A DNA stretch of 64,000 bases from the human T2T-CHM13v2.0 reference genome, Homo sapiens. The stretch's first letter is position 1, and each line of letters starts with the position of its first letter. Below the pieces are notes generated by a model. That model was not told the DNA's origin. It saw only the letters and a list, made by a program, of their open reading frames with translations, and ran no database searches. Location of the stretch: the NCBI RefSeq assembly GCF_009914755.1, contig NC_060929.1; one strand, given 5' to 3'. A program made the translations under genes and the position numbers. This document shows positions 61,856 to 64,000 of this stretch, piece after piece.

Positions 61856-64000
61856 AAATTGTGATAATTTTACAGTTTGCCTCAAACGAGGGTTGATGTC
61901 TGGGCAAGGTCTGCTGGGGGCCTCCCATATGCAGGCAGTCTCTCTGCTGTGCCCTCCACCAGCACTGAGGGTCACCTGCCCACAGGCACCCCTCTCCTTT
62001 CCCCTCTGGGGAAGGCCAGAAGTGACTTTTGAGGTTACCTGAGGGTCTTTGTCTGGAAAAGGGTGTGAAGCTGAAGCCGATGGCCTCAGTGTCCAAAGGG
62101 GAACACTTCCCACAGGCGTTGGGAAGCCACAGGCCTGACAGTGGGGTCCTGGTCTTGGCGGTCTCAGTCACCTGGCCACCCATTCCTTCCTCACTTAGGC
62201 ATCCACCTGGCGGGCTGCCCACACCCTCTTCTGTCTGTGCTCAGCCAATCAGGCAAGCCAGGGTTACAGCCCTCCCTGTCCTGGGCCCTGGCTCCATGAA
62301 GCACCATGTGCCTTGGAAGACCTCCCCGATTGATCCTGTCTCCCCAGTATCTTCTGCTAAGGCAGAGGTTTCCCTGGGCCCCTGCTCTGGTCCGCTTCCT
62401 TGGCACAGTTTGTAGCTGTGCCTGACACAGCCCACCTGCCTGGCTTCTGTCTCAAACCCACAGCCAGGCCATGTGACAGCCGCTGCCTGTGCCCAAACAT
62501 TCATCCAGCCCCACCCAGGAGAGCCAGACAGGCACTCATACCCTCACCCACACACCCCCACCCACACACCCCCACCCGCACACCCTCACCTGCACAATGT
62601 CACCCACACACCCTAACCCGCCTGGCCCTGCTGCGCCCCCACCCCACTCTCCCTCTAAACCTACTGGGGGAGCAGCTTCCCCTATATTTGCTTGCTCCAC
62701 CTCCTCCTAGAGCTGGGTCACATACCAATTCCCACACTCTTGGCAGGTTGGTCATGGCCCTGGCAGGTCTGAGGACAGGATGGACACAGGACTGTGTGTA
62801 GCATAGAAAGGTCAGGGAGTGCAGCCTCCTACTCTGTGCCAGCTGCCAGCCCCGGAGCTTACTAGGCTGATGGGGACAAAGAATGCACCAGAGGGGACAG
62901 TGACCATTGTCCCTGGGTTAGTCCACCACAGGACTGATGGGAAGTTCATGGATGTACTGATTGCCCTGTTGCATTTGTCCTCAGGGGCGGATGCTGAGAT
63001 GGAGTTAGGAGAGCAAAGGGGAGGAAGGGAGCTGGGCATGGTGGCTCATGCCTGTAAATCCTAGCACTTGGGGAGGCCCAGGTGGGAGGATTTCTTGAGG
63101 CCAGGAGTTTGAGACCAGCCTGGGCAACATAGCAAGACCCTGTCTCTACCAAAAAAAATTAAAAATTAGCCAGGTGTGGTGGCTGTATTCCCAGCTACTT
63201 GGGAGGCTGAGGTGGGCGGAACAGTTGAGCCTAGGAGTTGTCAATAGAAATCAAGTGTTGGGATATTGAGAATAGCAGCATAATGAGGGTCCAGAGTATG
63301 TTCTTAATACTAATGGTATAATTTCGAGCTTCTGATATATACACAAACATGTATAGCTACACCAGGGATTGTGCTCAAGATTTGACTTACATTAGCTTGT
63401 TTAAGCCTCTTCCACACACTATTTGAGGCAGGTACTGTTGTTATCATTTTATGGATGACAAAACTTAGAAGCAGAGCATTTAGGAAACTTGCCCAAGATC
63501 ACACAGCCATGAAGCAGACACCAGAACCAGAGCCCTAGGCTCGCAAACTTCACTGCCTTCACTCCTAGGCTGTATGTTATTCTGACCATCTCTCAGCCAG
63601 GAAGTCACTCCCTTATGCAAATGACATTGTCTGTGCTGATGGTTAAATATTTCTATTCTCACAACATGTGAAAGAGAGAGCCTGATTTGTTAGCTAAGCC
63701 CCAAGGGTTTCTCCTACCATTTCAGAGAGAGAGAAACTTTTCTTTGCCCCTAAACTGTGGCAAAGAAAACAGAGAGGAGGAAACAGCCATCAGAAGACTA
63801 AAAATCTCTCATCTCTGCAAATAAGAATTCACTCTAACTGAGCTTTTCTGCATGCAGCACTGGGAAGAGACCTTGTTTTTTATTCTATCAACTTACCCAT
63901 TTAACAATTTATTGAGAACCTGTTGTGTACCTGATGCACTGCTGGCATTGGGTATGTAAAAATCAATGCAGCATGGTCCTTTCCCCAAGCAACTCAGTTT

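Overview
Alu-rich human genomic DNA whose gene content matches the distal 5q35.3 cluster (assignment from recall, no search run). It holds TRIM41 (+, six coding exons, start just upstream of the window), RACK1/GNB2L1 (-, eight exons summing to 317 aa, with intronic SNORD95 and SNORD96A) and TRIM52 (-, 297 aa, an inverted partial duplicate of TRIM41 exon 1). There are CpG-island promoters near 19.7, 22.7 and 37.4 kb and many Alu, L1, MER and LTR elements. The most notable observations are four. (1) A near full-length decayed hAT/Charlie-Buster transposase lies in sense orientation directly behind the TRIM52 stop, the layout expected of a relic RING/B-box-transposase fusion. (2) A disabled BAGE-like two-exon locus at 57.4-59.6 kb has its start codon and splice donor inside a 39-40 bp VNTR, and its exon 1 is mirrored across a CCAAT promoter. 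(3) A chimeric Alu/unique junction at 49 kb recurs inside RACK1 intron 3. (4) The two co-hosted snoRNAs share a 10-nt complementarity.
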